NCBI GenBank assembly: GCA_018335855.1
Contig: JAGXRM010000060.1
Span: 79,418 to 143,417, forward strand
Reading direction: 5' to 3'
DNA length: 64,000 bases
Source of the DNA: Clostridiales bacterium
Lineage (GTDB): Bacteria; Bacillota; Dethiobacteria; Dethiobacterales; Dethiobacteraceae
Shown here: positions 9,090-18,732 of the stretch, one piece after another
Position numbering within the stretch: position 1 is the first letter of the stretch
Layout: each line of letters begins with the position of its first letter
Program-made: the position numbers and the translations under genes
Notes under the pieces: model-generated
The model's input: the letters and a program-made list of their open reading frames with translations, nothing else
Told to the model about the DNA's origin: nothing
Database searches by the model: none

Positions 9090-9151
9090 TTTTCGTCGAA
9101 TTATGCAGTAGATACGTGAAAGCGGTAATGACTTGAAACGGAGGCATGTAA

Positions 9152-10750
9152 ATGAAATTGACGTTTTGTGGCGGTGCCCGCACAGTTACCGGTTCTTCCT
9201 TCTTACTGGATGCGGCCGGAAAGAAAATCCTGATTGACTGCGGCATGTTTCAGGGGGGAAAACGTTTACGGGAAAGAAATTACGGACACTACCCGTATGA
9301 CCCCACAGAGATAGATTATATTGTTCTTTCACATTCCCATATTGACCACTGCGGCCTGATTCCAAGATTAATAAAAGACGGGTTCCGGGGACGGATTTTT
9401 GCAACCAAAGCCACGGTGGACTTAGTGGGAATTATGTTGCCCGACAGCGGCCATATTCAAACCATGGAGACTGAATGGATTAACAGAAAAAATACCAGGG
9501 CGGGCCGCCCATTAGTGGAACCTCTTTACACCGTGGAAGATGCATATGATTCGCTGGAGTACTTCCAGGGTATTGATTATTATGAAACGAAAACGCTGAC
9601 ACCGGATATCGCTTTAAAGTTCTATGATGCCGGGCATATTCTCGGCTCAGCAATTATTGAACTGCAGGTAACGGAAAACGGTTACCGGGAAAAGCTGGTT
9701 TTCTCCGGTGATTTGGGTAAATCCAACCAACCTATTATCCGTGACCCGGACATTGTGGAAGAAGCGGACTACTTAATTGTGGAAGGCACATATGGTACCA
9801 GGGAACATGAATTAGAGGAACAGAAGCTGGAGTTTTTGCAGAATATTATTCATGAAACGGTGGAACGGCAGGGGAATATCGTCGTTCCCTCCTTTGCTGT
9901 GGGCAGAACACAGGAACTTCTTTATTATTTAAGCCAACTGATGCGAGAACAAAAAATTCCTAACGTACCCATCTACATCGACAGTCCGTTGGCCATCTCT
10001 GCTACAGAGATATTTTCACGTCATCCTGAGTGTTTCGATGTGGAAATGCGTCAGATGCTATATAGCGGCAAGGATCCCTTTGATTTTCCCGAAGTTATTT
10101 ATACCAAAACCGCCGATGAATCACGACAGATTAACCGTTTGCCCGGAGGCGCGTTGATCATATCCGCCAGCGGCATGGCAGAGGCAGGCAGAATCAAGCA
10201 TCACCTGAAGCATAATCTCTGGCGTCCCGAGTCTACCATACTTTTTGTCGGGTACCAGGCAGAGGGAACATTGGGCCGGAAAATTCGGGATGGAGCCACG
10301 AAGGTCAAGCTGTTTAGTGAGGAAATTATGGTCAGGGCCCGTATCGAGTCCATTGATGGTTTCTCCGCCCACGCCGACAGATCCGAACTGCTTTCTTGGG
10401 TAAAAAAGTTTCGTAAAAAACCGAAACAGGTTATTCTGGTCCATGGTGAAGAAGATGTGCTAACGGAATTTTCCGCGACCATGGAAAAGGAGTTAGGTGT
10501 GACTACGTATATTCCCAATTACCTGGAGACGTTGGAACTAAAGCCTGCCGTTTTAGAGGTGGCGACTGCTTCCCAGGCACTGGCCAAGGCAAAAGCACGG
10601 GAACTGTTACAGGATTGGTATGATTTTTGTCATCAGGTTACTGCGCACCTGGAATCAGCACTTCTTGACGAAGACGATGAGGAACGGGTGTCGGAGTTGG
10701 AAAAGGAATTGGAAATGATGAAGAGCTGTTGCCTGGCAGGTCATCTCTAG
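9152..10750 (+). CDS. MBL-fold beta-CASP family ribonuclease/hydrolase
   Basis: HSHIDHCG motif, then beta-CASP-type motifs (EGTYG, VHGE) and a C-terminal acidic tail. Confidence 0.85.
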   Translation: MKLTFCGGARTVTGSSFLLDAAGKKILIDCGMFQGGKRLRERNYGHYPYDPTEIDYIVLSHSHIDHCGLIPRLIKDGFRGRIFATKATVDLVGIMLPDSGHIQTMETEWINRKNTRAGRPLVEPLYTVEDAYDSLEYFQGIDYYETKTLTPDIALKFYDAGHILGSAIIELQVTENGYREKLVFSGDLGKSNQPIIRDPDIVEEADYLIVEGTYGTREHELEEQKLEFLQNIIHETVERQGNIVVPSFAVGRTQELLYYLSQLMREQKIPNVPIYIDSPLAISATEIFSRHPECFDVEMRQMLYSGKDPFDFPEVIYTKTADESRQINRLPGGALIISASGMAEAGRIKHHLKHNLWRPESTILFVGYQAEGTLGRKIRDGATKVKLFSEEIMVRARIESIDGFSAHADRSELLSWVKKFRKKPKQVILVHGEEDVLTEFSATMEKELGVTTYIPNYLETLELKPAVLEVATASQALAKAKARELLQDWYDFCHQVTAHLESALLDEDDEERVSELEKELEMMKSCCLAGHL

Positions 10751-10783
10751 TATTTTCATCTGTTCCGATAGGAGGTTATGTAT

Positions 10784-11215
10784 ATGAGCGAGATACTGGA
10801 TATTCAATCTATTTTGCCCCACAGGTATCCCTTTTTACTGGTTGACAAAGTACTGGAAGTGATCCCCGGTGAACGGGCAAGAGTGATTAAGAACGTGACC
10901 ATCAATGAACCATTTTTCCAGGGGCATTTTCCAGGCTATCCGGTTATGCCTGGTGTCTTAATTGTGGAAGCTATGGCGCAGGCTGGGGCGTTGGCCATCC
11001 TCAGTATGGAGGAAAACAAGGGGAAGCTGGCCTTGTTTACCGGCATAGACAATCTGCGCTTTAAGCGGCAGGTGGTACCTGGCGACACTCTTACACTGGA
11101 GTTGGAGATTACAAAGATGCGCGGTCCTTTAGGCAAAGGACGGGGAACGGCTACAGTAGACGGGAAAGTGGTTGCTGCCGGTGAGTTAATGTTTGCGTTA
11201 GCAGAAAAAAAGTAA
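10784..11215 (+). CDS. fabZ: 3-hydroxyacyl-ACP dehydratase FabZ
   Basis: [13 protein letters not shown]...FFQGHFP...[11 protein letters not shown] hot-dog motifs. GGAGG lies 8 nt before the second ATG. Confidence 0.92.
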   Translation: MSEILDIQSILPHRYPFLLVDKVLEVIPGERARVIKNVTINEPFFQGHFPGYPVMPGVLIVEAMAQAGALAILSMEENKGKLALFTGIDNLRFKRQVVPGDTLTLELEITKMRGPLGKGRGTATVDGKVVAAGELMFALAEKK

Positions 11216-11274
11216 TTGACAACATTATCCGTATCCCTTATCATTAATGTGCACTGCTAAATAAAAATTAAATA

Positions 11275-11430
11275 CTCTTATCCAGAGAGGTGGAGGGACT
11301 GGCCCGATGAAACCCGGCAACCGGACAATACGTTAACGGTGCTAATTCCAGCAGGGTGGTCAAACCATCCTGGTAGATAGGAGAGGTGACTCCAAAAAGA
11401 AACCTCTTGCATCCAAAGGGGTTTTTTTAT
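11275..11430 (+). promoter_or_regulatory. SAM-I (S-box) riboswitch with terminator expression platform
   Basis: CTCTTATCCAGAGAGGTGGAGGGACTGGCCCGATGAAACCCGGCAACC...GGTGCTAATTCCAGCAG...GATAGGAGAG closes P1. A downstream AACCTCTT/AAGGGGTT hairpin plus T7 sits directly upstream of metK. Confidence 0.9.
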
Positions 11431-11489
11431 TTGCCAAAATGTTTAAGACAAGCTCGTTTGAGCAAACTTAACCCAAGGAGGAGATATAG

Positions 11490-12686
11490 ATGGGCAAGAA
11501 ATACTTATTTACCTCAGAATCGGTTACGGAAGGCCACCCGGATAAAGTTTCGGATCAGATTTCCGATGCTATTTTAGACGCAATTATCGGGAATGACCCC
11601 CGGGCGCGGGTAGCTGCGGAAACGTCGGTGACGACAGGGCTGGTATTGGTCGCTGGGGAAATCACCACGACCTGCTACGTTGATATTCCCAAGATTGTCC
11701 GTGAAACAGTAAAGGATATTGGCTATACAAGAGCAAAATACGGCTTTGACGGGGACACCTGTGCTGTTCTGACAGCGATAGACGAACAGTCTCCTGATAT
11801 TGCCATGGGTGTAAATCGTTGTTTGGAAGCAAAGGAAACCGATTTTACAGACGATGAACTGGAAGCCATTGGTGCCGGCGACCAGGGGATGATGTTTGGT
11901 TTTGCCTGCAATGAAACGCCAGAGTTAATGCCACTGCCGATTGCAATGGCCCACAAGCTGGCGCGCCGTTTAGCCGAAGTACGTAAAAACGGTACCCTCC
12001 CCTATTTGCGTCCCGATGGAAAAACGCAGGTAACTGTTAAATATGTGGACGGCAAACCGGTCGGGATTAACACCATCGTCGTCTCTGCCCAACACCGGGA
12101 AGATGTTGTACTGGAGAGGATTAAAAGTGACGTAATCGAGACGGTAGTCCGTCAGGTAGTTCCGGCAGAGTACCTGGACAATAATACCCGGTTCTATGTG
12201 AACCCCACCGGACGTTTTGTTGTCGGCGGCCCCCAGGGTGATGCCGGACTCACAGGCAGAAAAATTATTGTAGATACGTACGGCGGTTATGCCCGCCACG
12301 GCGGCGGCGCTTTTTCAGGCAAAGATCCCACAAAGGTTGACCGTTCCGCAGCATATGCTGCGCGCTATGTCGCTAAAAATGTAGTAGCCGCAGGTCTGGC
12401 TGATAAGTGTGAAGTACAGCTTGCCTATGCCATCGGTGTTGCCCAGCCACTTTCTCTGATGGTGGAAACATTTGGCACGGGTAAAGTGGCTGAAGATATT
12501 ATTGAAGCACTCATCTGCACCCATTTTGACCTGCGCCCTGCAGCCATCATCCAAAACCTTGACTTGCGCCGCCCCATCTATAAACAAATCGCTGCGTACG
12601 GCCATTTCGGCCGCGAAGATTTGAACCTTCCCTGGGAAAAGACAGATATGGCTGCACTGTTACGCAGCGAAGCAGGTCTCAAATAG
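11490..12686 (+). CDS. metK: S-adenosylmethionine synthase
   Basis: [23 protein letters not shown] and [16 protein letters not shown] signatures. Confidence 0.98.
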   Translation: MGKKYLFTSESVTEGHPDKVSDQISDAILDAIIGNDPRARVAAETSVTTGLVLVAGEITTTCYVDIPKIVRETVKDIGYTRAKYGFDGDTCAVLTAIDEQSPDIAMGVNRCLEAKETDFTDDELEAIGAGDQGMMFGFACNETPELMPLPIAMAHKLARRLAEVRKNGTLPYLRPDGKTQVTVKYVDGKPVGINTIVVSAQHREDVVLERIKSDVIETVVRQVVPAEYLDNNTRFYVNPTGRFVVGGPQGDAGLTGRKIIVDTYGGYARHGGGAFSGKDPTKVDRSAAYAARYVAKNVVAAGLADKCEVQLAYAIGVAQPLSLMVETFGTGKVAEDIIEALICTHFDLRPAAIIQNLDLRRPIYKQIAAYGHFGREDLNLPWEKTDMAALLRSEAGLK

Positions 12687-12773
12687 CCAAATTGTTGGTA
12701 GCCGGATATGAAGAGTTTTTTAATCCGCAACTAAACTTTTGTAAGAAGCATATCAGTTTTAGCATATTTTTTG

Positions 12774-12814
12774 AAAATACCGTTGCGACTTTGGTGTCGG
12801 GGCGGTATTTTTTA
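12774..12814 (+). terminator. Probable intrinsic terminator after metK
   Basis: AAATACCG...(20-nt loop)...CGGTATTT followed by a T-run. Confidence 0.55.
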
Positions 12815-12900
12815 TTTCTAATGGCACCAAAGTTGGTGTTTGCGTACTTACAGGGAACCCATTTATAATTTGAAATGAACGCGCGGTCAAAGAAAGGCAG

Positions 12901-13134
12901 GTGAATCATTTGGCGGTTATTCTGGAGAAAGGTTATACCCGTTGCCAGGTAAGGCTGCAGAACGGTATTGACGATCAGGGAGATCCAATCTATGTCAACC
13001 GGGTACTGGGTCGTATCCACCCTGACGCTTCCCATCAGGATTTGTATGATGTAGTGCAAGCTGTTTTTTCACTGCAGTCTCTACCGGTAAGTATTATCAG
13101 GCGTATTGACGACGGTGAGCTGATTGTCATGTAA
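12901..13134 (+). CDS. Small DUF1659-like protein
   Basis: The pattern ...DQGDPIYVNRVLGRIHPDASHQDLYDVVQAVFSLQSLP...RRIDDGELI matches my memory of DUF1659. It is paired with a DUF2922-like gene, as in many Firmicutes. Confidence 0.65.
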   Translation: MNHLAVILEKGYTRCQVRLQNGIDDQGDPIYVNRVLGRIHPDASHQDLYDVVQAVFSLQSLPVSIIRRIDDGELIVM

Positions 13135-13166
13135 TGCGGCGTATGCCACGGAAAGGAGGTGAGCCG

Positions 13167-13388
13167 GTGGATCAATATTTACAGCTAGTATTTCGTAATG
13201 AGGAAGGCACACTATTTACTCTCCAGTTGGGTTTCCCCAAGGAAAACCTGACCGAAGCAGAAGTCACCCAGGTTATGGATCAGGTAATCGCTAAAAATAT
13301 CTTCCAAAGTACGGGTGGCGCCTTGGTTGAAAAAGTACGGGCGCGGTTAACATCCCGCGAGGTTCAGGATATTGCCACATTCGGCTAA
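13167..13388 (+). CDS. Small DUF2922-like protein
   Basis: LQLVFRNEEGTLFTLQLGFPKENLTEAEV...IFQSTGGALV pattern. GGAAAGGAGGTGA RBS precedes the in-frame GTG at 13167. Confidence 0.65.
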   Translation: MDQYLQLVFRNEEGTLFTLQLGFPKENLTEAEVTQVMDQVIAKNIFQSTGGALVEKVRARLTSREVQDIATFG

Positions 13389-13534
13389 TTAAGTTGGGAG
13401 GCCTGGCCTCCCATACATAGCTCTAGGATGATTCTAGCTAGTCAAAGGCGCTTCGTTTGATACAGAACAAATGTTTTGTCTGTTGCAGGGAACTATATTG
13501 TCCGTGTGGAATATTTTTTAACGGAGGGGACGCT

Positions 13535-15712
13535 ATGGAAGCTCTGGAAGGCAGCCTGGAACGAATTACATATTACAACGATACGACGCTGTTTATGGTA
13601 GCCCGACTACGTAGCGGCGATGACGTTCTTCATACAATTATCGGGAACATGCCCCGTTTCAGTGTGGGTGAGCGGCTGCGTCTGCAGGGTGACTGGCGTC
13701 AGCATCAGGACTATGGCCGTCAGTTTCAGGTCAGCAACTATGAATTAGTCATGCCCCACAATGTCCTCGGCATCCAGCGCTTTTTGTCATCTGGACTGAT
13801 TAAAGGGGTCGGCCCCGCTACGGCGGAAAAAATCGTGGATCACTTCGGCATGGAAACATTGGAAGTTATTGAACATAATCCCGTCAGACTAACGGAAGTC
13901 GAAGGCATTGGTGAAAAGAAAGCGGCTATGATCGGCGCCAGTTTGCAGGAGCGCCTGGAAGTTATGAATGTCATGACTTTTTTGCAAAGTTACGGAGTTA
14001 GCACTGGTTATGCCAGCCGGATTTACAAAAAATATGGGGACGATACAGTGAAAATCGTCAGCGAGAACCCATACCGGTTGGCTGATGAAGTGTTCGGAGT
14101 CGGTTTTCGTACCGCAGATAAAATTGCGCTGGAGATGGGTCTTGCACCGGACTCTGCGGAGAGAATCCGGGCAGCATTGCTATTTCTGCTGAATCAGGCC
14201 CAGGATGAGGGCCATATTTACCTGCCCCGGGTGGAGCTAATCAATAGAATTATGGATGCCCTGACTACTGAAGAGTGCAAGCTGCCACCGGACGGTGTGG
14301 AGCAACAACTCATTCGTCTGGTCAAGGAAGGGCAACTGATATTGGATACATCGGGTGCTGAGGAAGCCGTTTACCTGGCACCGCTATATTATGCGGAGGT
14401 GTATACCGCTAAGCGGCTCCGGGAAATCGCCGCATCTCAGTTAACGTTTAACAGCGGAGAACTGCCTGCCTTTGAGGACGCGGAGTATACGCTGGCACCG
14501 GGTCAGCGGGAAGCAGTACTCAAAGCTTTAGATGCAGGTCTGCTGGTCGTTACAGGGGGACCGGGTACAGGTAAAACGACAACAATCTGTTCACTGCTTT
14601 CTCTGTTTCTTGGACAGGGCCTCGAAGTAATGCTCGCAGCTCCGACAGGCAGGGCAGCAAAACGTATGACGGAAGCGACCGGGATGGAGGCAAAAACGAT
14701 TCACCGGTTGCTGGAGTTTACGAATATCGAAGGTGAAGGCTACCGTTTTCAGAGAGACGAGGAGCGTCCGCTGAAAGCACATGCCGTAATTGTTGACGAA
14801 ATGTCCATGGTGGATCAGACACTTTTTTTTCATCTGCTGAAGGCAATTCCTCCCGGCTGTAAATTGGTTCTGGTGGGAGACATGGACCAGTTGCCATCTG
14901 TCGGGCCGGGTAACATACTCCGGGATATTATCGCTTCGGGTGCGGTTCCGGTAGCAAGGCTGGAGCAGATCTTCCGCCAGGCAGGCGAGAGTGCCATTGT
15001 CTCCAATGCCCATCTGGTTAACACCGGACAAATGCCGCAACTCAATGAAAAATCGAATGATTTCTACTTTCTCAGTGAAAGTGAACCGGAAAAAATTGTG
15101 GAAACGATTCTGGATCTTTGCAGCCGCCGTCTGCCTAAGTATAAAAACAAGGATGCCATCCATGATATTCAGGTATTAAGCCCCATGCGCCGTAATATCC
15201 TTGGTGTGGAAAATCTCAATCTGCGCCTGCAGCAGGAGTTAAATCCAGCTGCGCCTCATAAATCAGAAATGCGCGGTGGCGGCATTACGTTTCGTCTGGG
15301 AGACAAGGTCATGCAGATTCGGAACAACTACCAAAAAGAGGTTTATAACGGTGATATCGGCCAGATCACCCATATTAACAGGGAAGACGGCGAAATGATT
15401 GTTCTTTTTCCTGATGTGGGCGGGGCGCGGGATGTGGTTTACGACCAAGCGGAATTGGACGAGTTGGTCCTTTCCTACGCTGTCTCCGTTCATAAAAGTC
15501 AGGGAAGTGAATATCCTGTTGTTGTTCTCCCCGTTGTTACGCAGCACTATATCCTTTTGCAACGAAATCTTCTCTATACGGCAATTACCCGTGCCAAAGA
15601 ACTGGTTGTCCTGATTGGGACAAAAAAAGCATTGGCCATTGCTGTACGAAATAATAAAGTGGAAGAACGCTATACTCGTCTGGCGGTCCGGTTGGCCGCG
15701 GAGGTACTGTAA
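13535..15712 (+). CDS. recD2: ATP-dependent RecD-like DNA helicase (RecD2/SF1B)
   Basis: GGPGTGKTT Walker A, VDEMSMVD, SVHKSQGSEYP and an HhH region. GGAGGGGA RBS precedes the ATG at 13535. Confidence 0.9.
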   Translation: MEALEGSLERITYYNDTTLFMVARLRSGDDVLHTIIGNMPRFSVGERLRLQGDWRQHQDYGRQFQVSNYELVMPHNVLGIQRFLSSGLIKGVGPATAEKIVDHFGMETLEVIEHNPVRLTEVEGIGEKKAAMIGASLQERLEVMNVMTFLQSYGVSTGYASRIYKKYGDDTVKIVSENPYRLADEVFGVGFRTADKIALEMGLAPDSAERIRAALLFLLNQAQDEGHIYLPRVELINRIMDALTTEECKLPPDGVEQQLIRLVKEGQLILDTSGAEEAVYLAPLYYAEVYTAKRLREIAASQLTFNSGELPAFEDAEYTLAPGQREAVLKALDAGLLVVTGGPGTGKTTTICSLLSLFLGQGLEVMLAAPTGRAAKRMTEATGMEAKTIHRLLEFTNIEGEGYRFQRDEERPLKAHAVIVDEMSMVDQTLFFHLLKAIPPGCKLVLVGDMDQLPSVGPGNILRDIIASGAVPVARLEQIFRQAGESAIVSNAHLVNTGQMPQLNEKSNDFYFLSESEPEKIVETILDLCSRRLPKYKNKDAIHDIQVLSPMRRNILGVENLNLRLQQELNPAAPHKSEMRGGGITFRLGDKVMQIRNNYQKEVYNGDIGQITHINREDGEMIVLFPDVGGARDVVYDQAELDELVLSYAVSVHKSQGSEYPVVVLPVVTQHYILLQRNLLYTAITRAKELVVLIGTKKALAIAVRNNKVEERYTRLAVRLAAEVL

Positions 15713-15723
15713 AGGAGTCAGTG

Positions 15724-16419
15724 ATGAGACTGTTAACCCCTTTGCTGGATTTACTTTTCCCACCCCGTTGTATCTTCTGCCGCGGGTATCTGGATGGTGG
15801 GCAATACAGTCGGGATATCTGTCAAAGCTGTCATGACAGCTTGCTGGACCCGGCAGAATGCTGCCTGCGGTGTTGCTATCCCCTTTCCGGCGTCAGCCAC
15901 TTATGTCCCGCCTGCCATGACAAAACTTTTTCATTCCAGGGCACTTGTGCTTTAAGTGTTTACCAGGGGAACCTGAAGCAGGTAGTTCATAAGTATAAGT
16001 ACAAAGGATGCCGTCATTTTGCTCCGACCTTGGGCAGGCTTGCCGCCGCCCAGGTGAAACGTTGCAACTGGCCGGCACTCCACGAAATAGTACCAATTCC
16101 CCTGCACCCGTTACGCTTAGCGGAGCGGGGCTACGATCAGGCTTTTCTGTTGGCCCGGGCAATCGGTGATGAATTACAGCTCCCTGTAAATCAGGCATTA
16201 GTGAGAATAAGGCCGACGCCCAGCCAGACCCGGCTCCACTCTCTGAATCGCTGGGACAATGTAAAAAATGCGTTTGTCGTGTCACCCGGGCTTACCTTGT
16301 CGGGAAACATCCTCCTGGTCGATGACATACTAACTACGGGAGCTACCGCTCATAATGCGACAGAAGCCTTACTCTCTGCCGGAGCTGTTAACGTATATCT
16401 GACAGTGGTCGGACGGTAG
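15724..16419 (+). CDS. comFC: ComF family protein (ComFC-like phosphoribosyltransferase)
   Basis: N-terminal Cys4 zinc ribbon (CIFC...CQSC...CLRC...CPAC) and PRT motif LLVDDILTTGAT. Confidence 0.85.
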   Translation: MRLLTPLLDLLFPPRCIFCRGYLDGGQYSRDICQSCHDSLLDPAECCLRCCYPLSGVSHLCPACHDKTFSFQGTCALSVYQGNLKQVVHKYKYKGCRHFAPTLGRLAAAQVKRCNWPALHEIVPIPLHPLRLAERGYDQAFLLARAIGDELQLPVNQALVRIRPTPSQTRLHSLNRWDNVKNAFVVSPGLTLSGNILLVDDILTTGATAHNATEALLSAGAVNVYLTVVGR

Positions 16420-16425
16420 GAACGG

Positions 16426-16454
16426 TTGACTTTACTGGCAAAATATGATAATGT
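16426..16454 (+). promoter_or_regulatory. SigA-type promoter of the cold-shock gene
   Basis: TTGACT-N17-TAATGT with a TG extended -10. It is followed by an 11-bp stem 5'UTR hairpin, AATCTATGTTA...TAACATAGATT (16455-16490). Confidence 0.5.
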
Positions 16455-16511
16455 AAATCTATGTTAATGCCCTTCGCATAACATAGATTTATTCTTTTAG
16501 GAGGAATGAAA

Positions 16512-16709
16512 GTGCTTGGAAAAGTTAAGTGGTTTAATCAGGAAAAAGGTTATGGTTTCATTGAGCGGGAAGACGGCGGCGATGTATTTGTCCATTACTC
16601 CGCCATTATGCAGGAAGGTTTTAAAACCTTAGCCGAGGGTGAAGAAGTAGAGTTTGAGATTGTTGAAGGTACCCGTGGACCCCAGGCGGCAAATGTAACA
16701 AAAAAATAA
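16512..16709 (+). CDS. csp: Cold-shock protein (CspA family)
   Basis: [16 protein letters not shown]...[12 protein letters not shown]1/RNP2 motifs. The GTG at 16512 lies 7 nt after AGGAGG. Confidence 0.95.
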   Translation: MLGKVKWFNQEKGYGFIEREDGGDVFVHYSAIMQEGFKTLAEGEEVEFEIVEGTRGPQAANVTKK

Positions 16710-16736
16710 CCGATACGGTTATTGCAACATATCGTT

Positions 16737-16770
16737 AAAAAATCCCAATTATTTTTGGGATTTTTCTTTT
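16737..16770 (+). terminator. Intrinsic terminator after csp
   Basis: AAATCCCAA-ttattt-TTGGGATTT followed by a T-run. Confidence 0.8.
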
Positions 16771-16900
16771 AAATAATATGTAAAGACGAATACATATACA
16801 GGCGGCAGTACATTGTTTTATTGTTTGTTAATATTTCCAATGAAGGATTTTCCTTTGTTAAAGAGGAATACTAATAAAAAGCTGGAAGGAGTTGAGCGAG

Positions 16901-17431
16901 ATGAAATTAACGGTCAGAGGCAAGAATATGGAAGTAACAGATGCACTAAAAATCTATGTAGAAAAAAGAATCGGTAAAATTGACAAGTATTTTGATTTCG
17001 ACACGGACGCACAAGTTACGCTTAATGTCGAGCGAGGCCTGCATAAGGTGGAAGTAACTGCAGGAATTAACGGTATGATCCTGCGTGCTGAAGAGTCGAC
17101 GACTGATATGTATGCTTCCATCGATCTGGTGGTAGATAAGTTGGAGCGGCAAATCGCGAAATATAAAACAAGAATTAATCGCAAAGCCCGCCAGGGCGGC
17201 GGAATTAAAGCTCTGAATGATCTGCCGAAAGTCGTAGAAGATGATGAAATGGAGATTGTCAGGACGAAACGGTTTTCCGTTAAGCCCATGCCTGCGGAAG
17301 AGGCAGTGCTGCAGATGAATCTGCTCGGACATGATTTCTATGTGTTTGCAAATGCAGACACAGACGACATCGGCGTCGTCTACCGCCGCAAAGACGGTAA
17401 GTACGGATTAATTGAGCCCACACTTAAGTAG
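16901..17431 (+). CDS. hpf: Ribosome hibernation-promoting factor (long HPF)
   Basis: MKLTVRGKNMEVTDALK...YVEKRIGK N-domain plus a C-terminal dimerisation domain (KPMPAEEAVLQMNLLGHDFYVF...VVYRRKDG.YGLI). Confidence 0.93.
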   Translation: MKLTVRGKNMEVTDALKIYVEKRIGKIDKYFDFDTDAQVTLNVERGLHKVEVTAGINGMILRAEESTTDMYASIDLVVDKLERQIAKYKTRINRKARQGGGIKALNDLPKVVEDDEMEIVRTKRFSVKPMPAEEAVLQMNLLGHDFYVFANADTDDIGVVYRRKDGKYGLIEPTLK

Positions 17432-17435
17432 TTCA

Positions 17436-17466
17436 AAAATAGCCGGCTACCGCCGGCTATTTTTTA
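17436..17466 (+). terminator. Intrinsic terminator after hpf
   Basis: AATAGCCGGC-tacc-GCCGGCTATT followed by TTTTT. Confidence 0.85.
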
Positions 17467-17483
17467 TCACAGGGGGGAAATAT

Positions 17484-18587
17484 GTGGTAGATGTTGTAGT
17501 TTTTGAGGGCAGTGAAGCAAAGAGTCCGGTAGAAGAAATGCTGGTAAAAATTCGACATGCCGCTTTAGCGGATAACCTGACAAAGCTGAAGGAACTGCCG
17601 GAAGTCCATAGAATTTTTCTTATGACCAACCGCACTGAACTGATGTATCTGGCGGATGGCGGCAGAATTACCGTCGAACTAAACCATACCCCCCCGGCAC
17701 AGTTCCATTTTGGTCGGCAACTCCTGGACCTGGTGGACCGGCACAAGATTAAAAATTTACTTTATCTCGGCGGTGCGGCAGTCCCATTAATCCGGCCGGA
17801 AGAACTGGCACAAGCTTGCCGGCACGTGATGGAAAAGGAAGGCCGCTATGTTACTAACAATGTACAGTCTGCCGACATGGTTGCCTTCAACCCTGCTTCA
17901 GTCCTCCGGCAGTACCCTTTGCCGGCCACAGATAATGCACTGCCCTTAATTCTTCGGTTTGATGCCTGCTTTGAGCAAAAACTCCTTCCGACTACCCTGG
18001 GTAGCCAGTTTGATATAGACACTCCGGCAGATTTATTAATTTTGGCTGCGTCTCCGTTTGGCGGCCCTGCGATGCGTGCCGAACTGGACAAGCTTGGACT
18101 CGACCTTACCTCTGTGTCGCGGCTGAAGGAAGTACTGCGTGGTGAGTACCAGGAGCTGGCCCTTGTCGGCCGGGTGGGTGCTCCGGCGATTGCCCGGATT
18201 AATCATCATTTTAAAGTACGGCTCAGGGTTTTTTCCGAGGAGCGGGGGATGAAAGCTCTGGGACGGCTGGAGCGGGGAGAAGTCGTTTCACTGTTAGGGT
18301 ACTGGCTTGAAGAAATTGGCCCGGCCCGGTTCTTTGATTACCTGGCACGGACTTCCCAGGCGGCGCTGATTGATTCCCGGGTGATATTTGCCCATCAGAA
18401 GCTGGAGTTAAGTGATGCCGACCGCTTTTATTCCGACCTTGGCCGTTACGAGGACATTGAAGACCGCTTTACACGGGAATTTACCCGGGCGGCATTGAAC
18501 TGTGGCATTCCGGTGATGCTGGGAGCCCATTCCCTGGTGACCGGAGGCATCTGGGCATTGGTCGAAGAGATTGGCTGTCTTTTTTAG
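17484..18587 (+). CDS. Hypothetical protein, about 367 aa, family not recognised
   Basis: Long ORF. The GTG at 17484 follows AGGGGGG and lies downstream of the hpf terminator. The N-half has only a loose CofC/MobA-like nucleotidyltransferase feel. Confidence 0.6.
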   Translation: MVDVVVFEGSEAKSPVEEMLVKIRHAALADNLTKLKELPEVHRIFLMTNRTELMYLADGGRITVELNHTPPAQFHFGRQLLDLVDRHKIKNLLYLGGAAVPLIRPEELAQACRHVMEKEGRYVTNNVQSADMVAFNPASVLRQYPLPATDNALPLILRFDACFEQKLLPTTLGSQFDIDTPADLLILAASPFGGPAMRAELDKLGLDLTSVSRLKEVLRGEYQELALVGRVGAPAIARINHHFKVRLRVFSEERGMKALGRLERGEVVSLLGYWLEEIGPARFFDYLARTSQAALIDSRVIFAHQKLELSDADRFYSDLGRYEDIEDRFTREFTRAALNCGIPVMLGAHSLVTGGIWALVEEIGCLF

Positions 18588-18732
18588 CGCGAATTTTTCG
18601 CATATAGCAGGATTTTCTTATACGGGGTCGAAATATGCTTAGTAAGTATTGAAATTTCTGGGAAATTATCCTGATTGATGCTTTTGGGGGAGCACATGGC
18701 AGGGCATTTGTAAGTAGAAAGGCGGGATAATA

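Noticed and set aside
12679-13059. 126-aa minus-strand ORF between metK and recD2
   Set aside because: It overlaps the metK terminator region and the better-supported DUF1659-like gene on the plus strand. It has no RBS and an AT-rich, odd composition.
13465-13476. GAAC-AAAT-GTTT upstream of recD2 as a LexA (Cheo) box
   Set aside because: Only 7/8 of the core matches and the flanking C/G are missing. It is equally explained as part of a bulged hairpin (ACAGAACAAA/TTTTGTCTGT). No comparable box is seen upstream of uvrB, where one would be expected.
14591-15163. 190-aa ORF antisense to recD2
   Set aside because: Shadow ORF inside a well-supported helicase gene. No start context and no recognisable motifs.
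17412-17483. Upstream extension of the 17412..18587 ORF
   Set aside because: The extension overlaps the hpf stop and runs straight through the hpf intrinsic terminator (17436-17466). A GTG at 17484 with an AGGGGGG RBS lies just after the terminator.
18697-18712. TGGCAG-ggcat-TTGTA upstream of the 18733 ORF as a sigma-54 promoter
   Set aside because: The invariant -12 GC is GT. The predicted start site would fall on the RBS, leaving no leader.
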